Positions 22,757 to 33,613 of a DNA stretch of 64,000 bases are shown in pieces. This DNA comes from Candidatus Latescibacterota bacterium. GTDB lineage: Bacteria > Latescibacterota > UBA2968 > GCA-2709665. Positions within the stretch are counted from its first letter, which is position 1, and the number at the start of each line of letters is the position of its first letter. Both the position numbers and the translations under genes were made by a program. Location: contig OZ242358.1 in NCBI GenBank assembly GCA_965208835.1, positions 1,536,001 through 1,600,000 of the forward strand. The letters run 5' to 3'. The notes beneath the pieces were generated by a model. The model was not told where the DNA came from. It ran no database searches and worked only from the letters and a program-made list of their open reading frames with translations.

Positions 22757-24301
22757 TTGGCTCAGGAAGGGGCGTCTTCCGCCCCGGAAACGCAACTGGT
22801 TACCCAGCGACTTCAGAAGCTGGACTCGATTCGGGAAATGGGCGTGGAGCCGTTTCCCTATCGGTTCGAAGTGACCCATCGTTCCGGGGAAATCAGGGAG
22901 ACGTTTCAGGCGCTCGAGGCGGAAGGGCGGGAAGTGTCGGTGGCAGGGCGACTCATGGCCAGAAGGGACCACGGCAAGTCGGCCTTTGCAGACCTTCTGG
23001 ACGAAACGGGCCGGATTCAGATCTACGTCAGACGGGATGCGGTGGGTGAAAAGGCATTCGATCTTTGGAAATTGCTCGACATTGGAGATTTCGTCGGGAT
23101 CGGCGGCCAGGTATTCCGGACCCGTACGGGCGAGATGACGGTGAAGGCGAACGCCCTGGAAATGCTTTCCAAGGCCGTCCGACCGCTGCCGGTACCCAAG
23201 GAAGAGGTTAAAGACGGACAGCGGGTTGTCCACGATGCCTTTGCCGACCCCGAACTGCGATACCGGCGCCGATACCTTGACCTGACGCTGAATCCCGAAG
23301 TGAAGGACGTATTTCGCAAGCGGACGGCGACCTTTACCGCCATTCGCGATTTTTTTGACGCTCGCGGGTTCCTGGAGGCCGACACGCCGGTGTTGCAGCC
23401 GCTCTATGGCGGCGCCTCCGCCCGTCCCTTTACGACTCATCACAACGCGCTCGATATGAGGCTCTATCTGCGGATCTCGAATGAGCTCTATCTGAAGCGA
23501 CTTATTGTGGGCGGATTCGAAAGGGTTTACGAATTCAGCCGGGATTTTCGAAACGAAGGAATCGACCGCACGCACAATCCCGAATTCACCATGCTGGAGG
23601 CCTATCAGGCATACGCCGACTATACCGACATGATGGAGCTGACCGAGTCGCTGTTCGCCTCGGTCGCCGAATCGGTTACGGGGGCCAGCACGGTTGTCTA
23701 TCAGGGGACGGAGATTAATCTTGGCCCGCCATGGCGGCGGATGACCCTTCTGGACGCCATCAGGGCATACGGCGGCTTCGACGTCGCCGGCGCTTCCGTG
23801 GAGGAATTGAAAGAAATCTGCGGGGAACTGGATCTCGAGGTGGATGACGGTGCGCGGCGCGGGCATCTGATGGATGAGATATTCGAGGCGGTCGTTCAGC
23901 CCAACCTGATACAACCCACGTTCATAACGGACTATCCCGTGGAGATGTCGCCGCTGGCCAAGCGGCACAGGGAAAATCCGGAACTCACGGAACGGTTCGA
24001 GCCGTTCATCTGCGGATGGGAAGCGGCCAACGCGTTTTCCGAACTCAACGATCCGATAGACCAGCGGAAACGCTTCGAACACCAGGCCTCCCTGAGGGAG
24101 AGCGGGGATGAAGAAGCGCAGGTCCTCGACGAAGACTTCCTGCGGGCAATGGAATATGGCATGCCGCCTACAGGCGGGATGGGTTTCGGCGTGGACAGGC
24201 TTGTGATGCTCTTGACCGACGCACGTTCGATCCGGGACGTCATTCTTTTTCCGCATATGCGGCCCGAGGAGGGCCGTACGGAGACGCCAGGCGATGCGTA
24301 G
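22757..24301 (+). CDS. lysS: Lysyl-tRNA synthetase (class II)
   Basis: YRRRYLDL, GGASARPF, FRNEG..HNPEFT, YGMPPTGGMGFGVDRL; TTG start after GGAGG. Confidence 0.97.
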   Translation: MAQEGASSAPETQLVTQRLQKLDSIREMGVEPFPYRFEVTHRSGEIRETFQALEAEGREVSVAGRLMARRDHGKSAFADLLDETGRIQIYVRRDAVGEKAFDLWKLLDIGDFVGIGGQVFRTRTGEMTVKANALEMLSKAVRPLPVPKEEVKDGQRVVHDAFADPELRYRRRYLDLTLNPEVKDVFRKRTATFTAIRDFFDARGFLEADTPVLQPLYGGASARPFTTHHNALDMRLYLRISNELYLKRLIVGGFERVYEFSRDFRNEGIDRTHNPEFTMLEAYQAYADYTDMMELTESLFASVAESVTGASTVVYQGTEINLGPPWRRMTLLDAIRAYGGFDVAGASVEELKEICGELDLEVDDGARRGHLMDEIFEAVVQPNLIQPTFITDYPVEMSPLAKRHRENPELTERFEPFICGWEAANAFSELNDPIDQRKRFEHQASLRESGDEEAQVLDEDFLRAMEYGMPPTGGMGFGVDRLVMLLTDARSIRDVILFPHMRPEEGRTETPGDA

Positions 24302-24974
24302 CCTGCTGGAGGCTGCGGATCTGGTCAAGCAGTACCGCGTCGGCCGTTCCGAAATACGGGTACTCAAGGGCGTCGCCCTCTCCGTTGCGCATGGCGAGGT
24401 GGTCGCGGTTGTCGGTCCTTCGGGTGTCGGGAAGAGTACCTTGTTACACATACTGGGCGGGCTGGATCGCCCAACCAGCGGAACGGTTCGTGTCGACGGC
24501 AACGATATCTTCGCGCTTTCGGATACGGAGCGGGCGCGGTTCCGAAACGAATCTGTGGGTTTTGTCTTTCAGTTTCACCATTTGTTGAACGACTTTACCG
24601 CGGAAGAAAACGTGATGCTGCCCCTGATGATTCAGGGGCGCCCGGTCACCGAAGCGCAGGCGGCGGCCGAGGAACTGTTGGATGCCGTTGGGCTCTCCGG
24701 GCGCCGCGCTCATCTGCCTTCGGAACTGTCAGGCGGAGAATCCCAACGCGTGGCCGTGGCTCGGGCGCTCGTGGGGCGGCCGAAGCTGGTTCTGGCTGAC
24801 GAGCCTTCCGGCAACCTGGACGCGGAACACAGCAGGGAATTGCACGATCTGATCTGGAGGCTTGCGGGCAGTCTGAAACAGACCTTTGTCATTGCCACGC
24901 ACGACCAGACGCTGGCTGCACGAGCGGATCGGATTATCGGGATGGAAGACGGAAGAATCGTTCGCGACGACTGA
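24294..24974 (+). CDS. lolD: Lipoprotein-releasing ABC transporter ATPase
   Basis: GPSGVGKST, GFVFQFHHLL, LSGGE, ADEPSGNLD. Confidence 0.85.
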   Translation: MRSLLEAADLVKQYRVGRSEIRVLKGVALSVAHGEVVAVVGPSGVGKSTLLHILGGLDRPTSGTVRVDGNDIFALSDTERARFRNESVGFVFQFHHLLNDFTAEENVMLPLMIQGRPVTEAQAAAEELLDAVGLSGRRAHLPSELSGGESQRVAVARALVGRPKLVLADEPSGNLDAEHSRELHDLIWRLAGSLKQTFVIATHDQTLAARADRIIGMEDGRIVRDD

Positions 24975-25044
24975 TGCCCGGCCTCGCGGGCAGTTGAGAG
25001 GTGGCTTACGGGCCAGGCATGAGGGTCCAGAGGAGACGAATCCC

Positions 25045-27510
25045 ATGAATAGCAGGTTTTCGGATCGGGTGAAGCGGGTGATGCGGCTCGTCCGCGAGGA
25101 GGCGGCCCGGCTGGGTAACAACCACATAAGCAGCGAGCACCTTTTGCTCGGCATTATCCGGGAGGGAAAGGGTTCGGCCGTAAACGTGATGTTGAATCTG
25201 GGATTGAACCTGGACAAGATCAAGCAGTCGATCGATGACTATGTCGCGTATTCGGGCGGGTCAATGACGATGGGAGACGTGCCCTTCACGCCGCGAGCAA
25301 AACAGATTCTCGAAATAGCGGCGGCCGAAGCCAAAGAGATGAAGAGCCAATCGGTCCGGACCTGTCATCTGCTTGTGGCGCTGGTGAAGGACAAGGAGAC
25401 AATCGCCGCGCAGATTCTCGTGGGGTTTGGCGTCGACTACAAGACCGTGAAGGAGGAGGTGATTGCTGTTTTGCAAGGGAAACCGACGGGTAAACGGGAA
25501 AAGAAGAAGAGCAAGACCCCCTATCTGGATCACTTCGGACGCGACCTGACCGAACTGGCGCGCGAGGGCAAGCTGGATCCGGTCATTGGACGTGAGCGGG
25601 AGATCGAACGCGTGTCCCAGGTGCTCAGCCGGCGGAAGAAGAACAACCCGGTACTGATCGGCGAACCCGGGGTGGGGAAAACGGCGATCGTCGAAGGACT
25701 TGCCCAGCGCATCGTGGAGCGGCGGGTGCCGCAGTTGCTGGCCGACAAGCGCATGGTCACGCTGGACATGGGCGGGATGGTAGCTGGTACGAAGTACCGC
25801 GGACAGTTCGAGGAGCGCATCAAGGCGGTCATGAACGAACTCCAGCAAAGCCAGGACGTCATCATCTTCATCGACGAGCTGCACACGATCGTAGGCGCCG
25901 GAAGCGCCGAGGGAACGCTTGACGCCTCCAATATGTTCAAACCCGCTTTTTCGAGAGGCGAACTTCAGTGCATCGGTGCGACGACCCTCGACGAATACCG
26001 CAAATACATCGAAAAGGACGGCGCGCTGGAACGACGTTTTCAGACCATACTGGTCGATTCGCCGTCGGTCGATGACGCAATCGATATCCTGAAGGGGTTG
26101 AAGGAGAAATTCGAAGCCCACCATCTGGTCACCTATACGGAGGACGCCGTTGTGAGCGCCGTCCGCATGGCCGACCGGTATATCAGTGATCGTCACCTCC
26201 CGGACAAGGCAATAGACGTGATCGACGAAACGGGTTCCCGCGTTCGCCTGGGCCGGTTGAATCCGCCTGAGGAAATCAAGACGCTCGAACTCGAAATTGA
26301 GGACATAACGCGGCAGAAGAATGCCGCCGCAAACAGCCAGCAGTTCGAAGAGGCGGCAAAACTCAGAGACCAGGAGCGGAAGCTCAAGGAACAGGTCGAC
26401 GAAATGCGCCAGGAGTGGGAGCAGAAGGTCCGTGACGAGGTGGTGGAGGTGACCGAGCAGAATATCGCGGAAGTGATTTCCAGTATGACGGGTATTCCCG
26501 CGTTCCGGCTGGCACAGGAGGAATCGGAAAAGCTGCTGCGCATGGGCGAGAAGGTGAAGAGCCGCGTGGTCGGTCAGGACGAGGCGGTTGATATCGTCTG
26601 CCGCTCCATTCGCCGAACGCGGGCGGGTTTGAAAGACCCGAATCGTCCCATCGGCACGTTTCTGTTTCTGGGACCCACTGGCGTGGGCAAGACCTATCTG
26701 GCGCAGGCGCTGGCCAGGTACCTGTTCGATGACGAGGATGCGCTCATCACGGTGGACATGTCCGAGTACATGGAGAAGTTCGCGGTTTCCCGGCTTATCG
26801 GCGCGCCGCCCGGATACGTGGGCTACGACGAGGGCGGCCAGCTAACCGAGAAGGTGCGTAGAAAGCCCTACTCGGTGGTTCTGCTCGACGAGATTGAGAA
26901 AGCCCATCCAGACGTGTTCAACCTGCTTCTGCAGGTTCTGGATGAGGGGCGTCTGACCGACAGCTTCGGCCGGAAGGTCAATTTCAGGAATACCATATTG
27001 ATCATGACGTCCAATCTGGGCACGCGTGACCTGGCCAAGGCCGGAGGGCTCGGCTTCAAGCGGTCCGACAAAAAGAGCATTCGAGAAAAAATGGTGGAGC
27101 GAGTCGAGGAGGAACTGAAAAAGACGTTCAATCCGGAGTTTTTGAACAGGCTGGACGAAACGGTGGTCTTCAATCCCCTCGAACGGAGAGAGATTGTCCA
27201 GATCGTGGATCTCGAAATTGCCGAGATATTCGATCGCCTCAAGGAGCGGGATATCGGGATCAGTCTCACGCCGGGCGCCAAGGCGCTTCTGGCGGAAAAG
27301 GGGTACGACCCCACCTACGGCGCTCGTCAGCTGAAGCGTACCATCCAGAAGCTTGTGGAAGATCCAATGGCGGAAGAGATACTGCAGGGCAAATACACCG
27401 CCGGTAGTGAAGTGCGCGTCAGCAAGAAGGGCGACGGGCTCCAATTTGTGGATGCCAACGCGGTTACCGCCGCCGCCAAGGAGGTGGTGGACCGTGTTTC
27501 GGAGGAGTAA
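25045..27510 (+). CDS. clpC: ATP-dependent Clp protease ATPase subunit ClpC
   Basis: Clp-N repeats, two AAA modules ([16 protein letters not shown]), UVR linker, LGF ClpP-binding loop. Confidence 0.93.
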   Translation: MNSRFSDRVKRVMRLVREEAARLGNNHISSEHLLLGIIREGKGSAVNVMLNLGLNLDKIKQSIDDYVAYSGGSMTMGDVPFTPRAKQILEIAAAEAKEMKSQSVRTCHLLVALVKDKETIAAQILVGFGVDYKTVKEEVIAVLQGKPTGKREKKKSKTPYLDHFGRDLTELAREGKLDPVIGREREIERVSQVLSRRKKNNPVLIGEPGVGKTAIVEGLAQRIVERRVPQLLADKRMVTLDMGGMVAGTKYRGQFEERIKAVMNELQQSQDVIIFIDELHTIVGAGSAEGTLDASNMFKPAFSRGELQCIGATTLDEYRKYIEKDGALERRFQTILVDSPSVDDAIDILKGLKEKFEAHHLVTYTEDAVVSAVRMADRYISDRHLPDKAIDVIDETGSRVRLGRLNPPEEIKTLELEIEDITRQKNAAANSQQFEEAAKLRDQERKLKEQVDEMRQEWEQKVRDEVVEVTEQNIAEVISSMTGIPAFRLAQEESEKLLRMGEKVKSRVVGQDEAVDIVCRSIRRTRAGLKDPNRPIGTFLFLGPTGVGKTYLAQALARYLFDDEDALITVDMSEYMEKFAVSRLIGAPPGYVGYDEGGQLTEKVRRKPYSVVLLDEIEKAHPDVFNLLLQVLDEGRLTDSFGRKVNFRNTILIMTSNLGTRDLAKAGGLGFKRSDKKSIREKMVERVEEELKKTFNPEFLNRLDETVVFNPLERREIVQIVDLEIAEIFDRLKERDIGISLTPGAKALLAEKGYDPTYGARQLKRTIQKLVEDPMAEEILQGKYTAGSEVRVSKKGDGLQFVDANAVTAAAKEVVDRVSEE

Positions 27511-27645
27511 AAACAGCTGGTTTTACTGCTATCATAATCAATTGGGTCCGGATGTACTGCCGGGCCCAATTTTGCAGTACAGGCCTGGAGACCCTTGTTC
27601 TGTCCCGGAAGCATATCACCAATAGTCCGCGCCAGAACACTAGCA

Positions 27646-27670
27646 GGAACTTTTGTTGTGACGGGGCGTT
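27646..27670 (+). promoter_or_regulatory. Candidate ECF-sigma promoter upstream of bamA
   Basis: GGAAC-N16-CGTT. Confidence 0.4.
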
Positions 27671-27722
27671 TGTTCGATTGTGGCAGTTGAATTCAGCCAC
27701 GGATTCTTCTTTTTTATCTTAA

Positions 27723-27756
27723 GTCTCGTAGTCTCGTAGTCTCGTAGTCTCGCTTT
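27723..27756 (+). repeat. Octamer tandem repeat (CTCGTAGT x3 + CTCGCTTT)
   Basis: Same family and orientation as 21390-21490; just upstream of the bamA start. Confidence 0.75.
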
Positions 27757-27764
27757 TCGGACTG

Positions 27765-30080
27765 GTGTTGCGGAGGCGAAAGGCTTTGTTGCGAATTCTC
27801 ATCGGATGTTTTCTGGTGCTGCTGGACGTCGCGTCTCCCCGGACGGCGGAGGCGCAGGAGGCGCCGGTCATTGCCGAGATCAGGGTCTCGGGAAACCGGA
27901 TTACAGAAGCGTCGCTCATCAGGTTCTCCTCAGGACTGGCGGAAGGACAACGCCTCATCCTGCCCGACGATCCGCCGCGCGTAATCCGCAATCTTCATCG
28001 GTTGAACATTTTTTCGGATATCCAGGTTTTTGTCGACCCGGATGTGGAAGAAGGCGTGGCCGTGTTGATTGTCGTCAAGGAATACCCCAAGCTGGGCGAC
28101 GTTCTTTTTGAGGGCAACAAGGGGATCAAATCCAAGAAACTGAAGAAGAAGCTGGCTTTTATAGAGAAACAATGGCTGTCGCCGCATGAAATCAGGCGTG
28201 CGGAAAACAAGATTGTGGAGCTGTACAAGGAAGAGGGATACCTCCTTGCCGGCGTGGAGGGGACGCAGGGCGACCCGAATGAAGAAGGTCAGGTCCTGCT
28301 CACGTTCAAAGTGAACGAGGGGCGGAAGGTGAAACTGCGCCGAATTCAGTTTTACGGCAATCAGTCGTTCGAAGCCAAGAAGTTGCGAAAGGCGATGAAG
28401 CAGACCAAGCAGGTCGGGGGAATACTGCGCCGCAATCAGTTCGCCGAAGATACCTATCAGGAAGACAAGCAGGCGCTGCTGGCTTTTTATCAGGCGAACG
28501 GACATCGTAATGCGGAGATACTGCGCGACAGCCTGTATTACGATGATGCAAGGGCGAATCTGTTTATCGACCTGTACCTGGATGAAGGGCCCCTGTACAA
28601 GTTCGGTGAGATTTCCTGGGAGGGAAACGAGCGCGTCAAGGACGCGGGGATCGACAGGATGATCGTCGCCAAGGCGGGAGAGGTGTACAGCGCCGAGCTC
28701 AAGAACAAATCCCAGGAGGAAATCCAGAATCTTTACAGCGATATCGGCTATATAACGGCTTCGGTCGCGGTCCAGGAGAGGTTGGCCGAGTCACCGCACA
28801 CGATCAACGTCCACTTCGACATCGTGGAGAACAAGCCGTGGAAGATTCGGCAGATTACCATTTCGGGCAATACCAAGACGAAGGACAGGGTGATCCGAAG
28901 GGAGCTCTGGATACGTCCGGGACAGACCTTTCGAAGGTCCGGCATCGAACGCAGCATGAGGAATATTCAACAGTTGAACTATTTCAGCAACGTGGTGCCC
29001 GAAATGAAACCTGTGGAGGAGTCGTCCGAACTCGACGTCATCTTTGCAGTTGAGGAGAAATCCACCGGCACGGCGTCCGTAGGCGCGGGCTACAGCCAGT
29101 ACGACGGTCTGCTTGGAACCATCGCGCTGCAGGTTCCGAACTTTATGGGCAACGGACAGCAACTGGAGTTTCAGTTGGAGTTTGGAGACAGGCGCCAATC
29201 CTTCAGGGCCGGATTTACGGAGCCCTGGTTCCTGAACACGCCGACGAGCCTGCAGGGACTGATCTTCAGAACCACCCGGCGGTATTACAGTGGCTTCGAC
29301 GAACGACGGCAGGGTGCCCTGGCCAGCGTGGGGCGCCGTCTGGTCTGGCCTGATTTCTCCAGGGCCTCGATCGGGTACCGGATCGAGCAGGTTGAATTCC
29401 GGAACTTCGCTGAGGATTTCGACGAGGCGGCGGAAACTTCCTTTCGCGACAACGTGACCAGCAGCATTAATCTGAACTTCACGCGGAACAGCCGGGATCT
29501 GCCGGTCTTTCCGACCAGCGGCTCCGTGTTTTCCTACTCGCCGACAATTGCCGGCGGGCCCCTGGGCGGCAATACGGATTTCCTCAAGCACGATATTATA
29601 ACCAGCTTCTATTTTCCCGTTGCATGGCGCGTTGCGCTGAATCTGAAGACGACCGTCGGCCTCGTAAAGCCGTACAACAATTCCCAGGTGCCGTTTAACG
29701 AGCGCTACGTTCCCGGTGGCGTGAACATATTCGAGGGAACGATGGTGCGCGGCTACCCCGAGCAATCGCTGGGTCCGCGCATAAACGGCGTTCCGGACGG
29801 AGGGAACTCGCAACTGCTCTTCAACCTGGAATTCACGCTACCTATCGTGAAGCAGCAGTTTTACGCGCTTGCCTTTGCGGACGCCGGCAACGCCTGGGAC
29901 AGTGTTTCTGAAGCAAGTATCTTCGATTTGAGGCGGTCGGTTGGCGTCGGATTCCGCATGATAGCTCCGGTTGTCGGCATTATGGGCTTTGACTTCGCCT
30001 GGGGCTTTGACAGGCGGCGCGTCGACGGCCAGAAGCCGCAGATGGTAACCCATTTTCAGTTCGGTCCGCAGTTCTTTTAA
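27765..30080 (+). CDS. bamA: Outer membrane protein assembly factor BamA
   Basis: POTRA repeats (GNTKTKDRVIRREL), VRGY motif, C-terminal Phe. Confidence 0.93.
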   Translation: MLRRRKALLRILIGCFLVLLDVASPRTAEAQEAPVIAEIRVSGNRITEASLIRFSSGLAEGQRLILPDDPPRVIRNLHRLNIFSDIQVFVDPDVEEGVAVLIVVKEYPKLGDVLFEGNKGIKSKKLKKKLAFIEKQWLSPHEIRRAENKIVELYKEEGYLLAGVEGTQGDPNEEGQVLLTFKVNEGRKVKLRRIQFYGNQSFEAKKLRKAMKQTKQVGGILRRNQFAEDTYQEDKQALLAFYQANGHRNAEILRDSLYYDDARANLFIDLYLDEGPLYKFGEISWEGNERVKDAGIDRMIVAKAGEVYSAELKNKSQEEIQNLYSDIGYITASVAVQERLAESPHTINVHFDIVENKPWKIRQITISGNTKTKDRVIRRELWIRPGQTFRRSGIERSMRNIQQLNYFSNVVPEMKPVEESSELDVIFAVEEKSTGTASVGAGYSQYDGLLGTIALQVPNFMGNGQQLEFQLEFGDRRQSFRAGFTEPWFLNTPTSLQGLIFRTTRRYYSGFDERRQGALASVGRRLVWPDFSRASIGYRIEQVEFRNFAEDFDEAAETSFRDNVTSSINLNFTRNSRDLPVFPTSGSVFSYSPTIAGGPLGGNTDFLKHDIITSFYFPVAWRVALNLKTTVGLVKPYNNSQVPFNERYVPGGVNIFEGTMVRGYPEQSLGPRINGVPDGGNSQLLFNLEFTLPIVKQQFYALAFADAGNAWDSVSEASIFDLRRSVGVGFRMIAPVVGIMGFDFAWGFDRRRVDGQKPQMVTHFQFGPQFF

Positions 30081-30174
30081 GATGCTGTCTTGAATTGTAC
30101 CTGGTGCGTCCCGAACGCGAATGAAGACCGCTGGGTGCATCTAGACAGCTTCCAAACGTTGGAGGGGATTCAAA

Positions 30175-30747
30175 ATGGACTTGAGACATCGCTTGCTGAT
30201 TTCCGTATGCGGCCTGATGGCTTGTCTGGTCGTGGCGTCCACGGCGCGGGCACAGGCGAAGGTCGCTTTTTTTGATCCGAACGAGATTCGAACGAAGTAC
30301 AAACCATTCCAGGAAGCCGAAAGAGAATACAACCAGTACGAAGGGGAACTGCAGAAAGAACTCAAGAAGCTCGAGAGTGCATTGAGGAAGAAACAGACCA
30401 CCTTCGAGCGGCAGAAGGTGATGTACATGGAGAATCGGAGGCGGGAAGAGGAGCAGGCGTTGAAGCGGCAGGAGGAGGAATTACAGCGGTTTCTTGCCCA
30501 GATTACCGATCCCGAACGGGGTAAACTTGCACTCAAACAGCAGGAATTGCTTGCGCCTCTGTTGAAACGCGTCAACGAGGTGATCACACGGGTGGCCAAG
30601 GGCGAGGGTTACGACTTTGTGCTCAATGCGGCTTCCGTGGTGTATTTCAACGAAGAGTACAACCTGACGGAGAAGGTCCTGGAAGAATTGAACAAAGACC
30701 TGGAGGTCGGAGACCAACAGAGGGTCCGACAGGGCCCGATACGCTAG
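30175..30747 (+). CDS. skp: Periplasmic chaperone Skp/OmpH
   Basis: Signal peptide, coiled coil, VAKGEGYDFVL; follows bamA. Confidence 0.85.
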   Translation: MDLRHRLLISVCGLMACLVVASTARAQAKVAFFDPNEIRTKYKPFQEAEREYNQYEGELQKELKKLESALRKKQTTFERQKVMYMENRRREEEQALKRQEEELQRFLAQITDPERGKLALKQQELLAPLLKRVNEVITRVAKGEGYDFVLNAASVVYFNEEYNLTEKVLEELNKDLEVGDQQRVRQGPIR

Positions 30748-30754
30748 CGGTTCG

Positions 30755-31207
30755 GTGACGAGAGGAGAGTCGGCTGTGCTGGACGTCGAAGCCATTCAAA
30801 AGATTCTGCCGCATCGTTACCCGTTCCTTCTGGTGGACCGGATCGTGGAGCTGGAACCGGAACGCAGGGTGGTCGGGCTCAAGAACGTCTCTGTCAACGA
30901 GCCCTTCTTCACCGGCCACTTCCCGGGGCGGCCCGTGATGCCGGGTGTATTGATCGTGGAAGCGCTCGCGCAGACCGCGGGTATCCTGATGGGAGAAGCG
31001 TCCGGTCTGATACCGATGTTCATGGGCATCGATAAGGCCCGGTTCAGGTCTCCCGTAACGCCGGGCGATCAGTTGCGACTCGAGGTGGAGGTGTTGAGGA
31101 GAAGGCGTAACGTATGCCGCGTTGCAGGCAGGGCATTTGTGGGCGACAACCTCGTCGCGGAAGCGGAGATGATGGCGGCGCTTGTTCCGGCGGATAACAC
31201 GACCTGA
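30755..31207 (+). CDS. fabZ: 3-hydroxyacyl-ACP dehydratase
   Basis: LPHRYPFLLVDRI, GHFP..PVMPGVLIVEALAQ. Confidence 0.95.
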   Translation: MTRGESAVLDVEAIQKILPHRYPFLLVDRIVELEPERRVVGLKNVSVNEPFFTGHFPGRPVMPGVLIVEALAQTAGILMGEASGLIPMFMGIDKARFRSPVTPGDQLRLEVEVLRRRRNVCRVAGRAFVGDNLVAEAEMMAALVPADNTT

Positions 31208-31239
31208 GAAAACCGGGGCGAATTACATTTCCATTTTGT

Positions 31240-31272
31240 GAACCGGCGGCCTATGTGGGCCGCCGGTTCTTT
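31240..31272. terminator. Hairpin terminator between convergent fabZ and aapP
   Basis: GAACCGGCGGCC-tatgtg-GGCCGCCGGTTC. Confidence 0.75.
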
Positions 31273-32052
31273 CTATTGTGACAGAATTTGGCTGAGGAAC
31301 AGTTTGGTCCGGTCATTTTGAGGATTCTCGAAAAACCCGTCAGGGTCGTTCTCTTCGACAATTCGACCTTCGTCCATGAAGATAACGCGGTTGGCGACAG
31401 TTTTCGCAAATCCCATTTCGTGCGTGACCACCAGCATCGTCATGCCGCTTTGTGCGAGCTCGATCATCACGTCAAGCACTTCCTTGATCATCTCCGGGTC
31501 CAGTGCTGAAGTCGGTTCGTCAAACAGCATGATCTTCGGATTCATGCACAAGCTGCGGGCGATTGCGACGCGCTGCTGTTGACCGCCCGAAAGCTGACCG
31601 GGGTATTTCGACGCCTGCTCCGGAATTCGTACCCGCGTCAAATACCTCATCGCGGTTTCTTCAGCTTCCCGTTTAGGCAGCTTTCTCGCCCAGATTGGCG
31701 CCAATGTGCAGTTTTCCAGGACCGTAAGATGAGGAAACAGATTAAACTGCTGAAAAACCATGCCAACTTCCCGGCGGATGTCTGCGATGTTCTTCAGATT
31801 ATCGGTCAGCGATATGCCATCAACCGTGATGTGCCCGCGTTGATGTTCCTCCAGGTGGTTGATACAGCGGATCAGCGTTGATTTGCCGGAACCTGAGGGA
31901 CCGCAGATTACGATTCTTTCTCCGCGCTGGACGGTGAGATTGATGTCTCTCAGGACGTGGAACTTGCCAAACCACTTGTGCATGTCCGTAATCTCGATCG
32001 CAATCCGGTCATTGCGTTCGCCGGCAGCCGTGTCTGTTGCGTCATCAGTCAT
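31273..32052 (-). CDS. aapP: General L-amino acid ABC transporter ATPase
   Basis: [34 protein letters not shown]. Confidence 0.9.
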   Translation of the reverse strand: MTDDATDTAAGERNDRIAIEITDMHKWFGKFHVLRDINLTVQRGERIVICGPSGSGKSTLIRCINHLEEHQRGHITVDGISLTDNLKNIADIRREVGMVFQQFNLFPHLTVLENCTLAPIWARKLPKREAEETAMRYLTRVRIPEQASKYPGQLSGGQQQRVAIARSLCMNPKIMLFDEPTSALDPEMIKEVLDVMIELAQSGMTMLVVTHEMGFAKTVANRVIFMDEGRIVEENDPDGFFENPQNDRTKLFLSQILSQ

Positions 32053-32065
32053 TTTAGAAGCCTCT

Positions 32066-32115
32066 AACCTTGATTCGTAAGTTCTCGTGGACGTAAATTC
32101 GAATATGTGCTAGTT
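32066..32115 (+). repeat. About 50-bp dispersed direct repeat, copy 1
   Basis: AACCTTGATTCGTAA...GGACGTAAA..CGAATA, also at 37898. Confidence 0.6.
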
Positions 32116-32171
32116 AATAAAGGCGATTAGAAGGCAGATTACCAGGATACACCAAGTGACTGGACGTGTTT

Positions 32172-32444
32172 GTGACCTCTCCCTCCGCCGCCCAACCACC
32201 GGGTGAGACGTAAGACGGGAGAGGGGGAGACGACCAAACCCCGCCCCACCACCTGGTGAGAGGGGAGACGCAAGACGGGAGAGATTTCCTGCCTTGTAAG
32301 GGTTCTTTTCGGGCCGAAGGCAAGAAGCTACGAAATATCGGGCAAGGACTTCATCTACCGTCTTCCCTCTAACGTCTCCCCGCATTTCTTCTACCGGCTC
32401 CCGTCTACCCGCTTTTGGTCTTCCCTCTACCCTCTACCCGCATT
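32172..32444 (+). repeat. Heptamer-arm hairpin repeat element, copy B (inside the aap operon)
   Basis: Shares core and arms with copies A, C and D. Confidence 0.75.
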
Positions 32445-32490
32445 CAGGCTCATTGTGGCCAATTTGCCTGGTGTCTTTTTCGAATTGAGG

Positions 32491-33609
32491 CTAATCGTCC
32501 TTGTGGCCGGTGTCCAGCTTTCGTTCAAGGTAGAGCGAGTATCGCGACATGGCAAAACATGAGATGAAGAAACCCAGCGCAACAAATATGTAGAGTTCGG
32601 TCGACAGTCCCTGCCATTTTGAGTCGGCAAGCGCTGCGCGGCCGATTCCGAGAGGATCAAGGAGGCCGACGACGATGACCAGGGTCGTGTCCTTATACAG
32701 TCCGATAAAGGTATTCATGATGCCGGGTATGGATATCTTCAGTGCCTGCGGCAGAATGATCAGCCGAATGCTCCTGGCATAGTTCAGACCCAGTGCATCC
32801 GCTGCCTCGAACTGTCCCTGCGGAATCGCTGCCAGACCGCCTCGAACCACTTCGGCGAGATATGCGGCCGAAAACATGATCACCATAATGATGACGCGAA
32901 GTAACAGATCAAAGTACGTACCGGGCGGCATGAAATAATTCAAAAGCGTTGAGGCGACGAACAGCAACGTAATCAGCGGTACGCCACGTATGAATTCGAT
33001 GTACCAGATGCTGAGCGTCCTGACAACCGGCATTGACGAATAACGTCCCAGCGCCAGGGCAATTCCAAGTGGAAGCGAAACGGCAATTCCGGTCACCCCG
33101 ATCAGCACCGTCAGCAGGAAACCGCCGAATTTGGATGACTCGACATGCTCCAGTCCAAACCACCCGCCCCACAGCATACAGAACGCGAAGGCCGGGTAGA
33201 TCAATGTAAACCGGAGCCAATATTTCCGCCCTTTGACGCGGTCATACAACAGCGGGATCAGGGCGACGAAAAACAACACAAACGTCAGATTGACCCGCCA
33301 GCGCAAGTGCGCCGGATAAAAACCGTACATGAACTGATCGAATCGTATCCGCACCACCGACCAACAGGCGCCCCCTGCGATTTCCCGGCATTCTCTTCGG
33401 TGTCCGACTTCTGCAAATACCGCGTCGAAGAACATCCAATTGGCAACCGGCGGGATGATCTGGTACAGCAGGTAGATCGACAACACGGTCAGTACGGTAT
33501 CGATCGGGCTCGAAAACAGATTCCCGCGAATCCAACCCACGACACCAACCTGGGTCCTCGGTGGCGGCAGTTCTCGATGCATATCCTGCTCAGTTGAACT
33601 CCTGGCCAT
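32491..33609 (-). CDS. aapM: Amino acid ABC transporter permease
   Basis: IEFIRGVPLI, AYLAEVVRGG, GQFEAA EAA motif. Confidence 0.9.
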   Translation of the reverse strand: MARSSTEQDMHRELPPPRTQVGVVGWIRGNLFSSPIDTVLTVLSIYLLYQIIPPVANWMFFDAVFAEVGHRRECREIAGGACWSVVRIRFDQFMYGFYPAHLRWRVNLTFVLFFVALIPLLYDRVKGRKYWLRFTLIYPAFAFCMLWGGWFGLEHVESSKFGGFLLTVLIGVTGIAVSLPLGIALALGRYSSMPVVRTLSIWYIEFIRGVPLITLLFVASTLLNYFMPPGTYFDLLLRVIIMVIMFSAAYLAEVVRGGLAAIPQGQFEAADALGLNYARSIRLIILPQALKISIPGIMNTFIGLYKDTTLVIVVGLLDPLGIGRAALADSKWQGLSTELYIFVALGFFISCFAMSRYSLYLERKLDTGHKDD

Positions 33610-33613
33610 CAGT

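Noticed and set aside
22733-24502. 589-aa minus-strand ORF
   Set aside because: Antisense shadow of lysS and lolD
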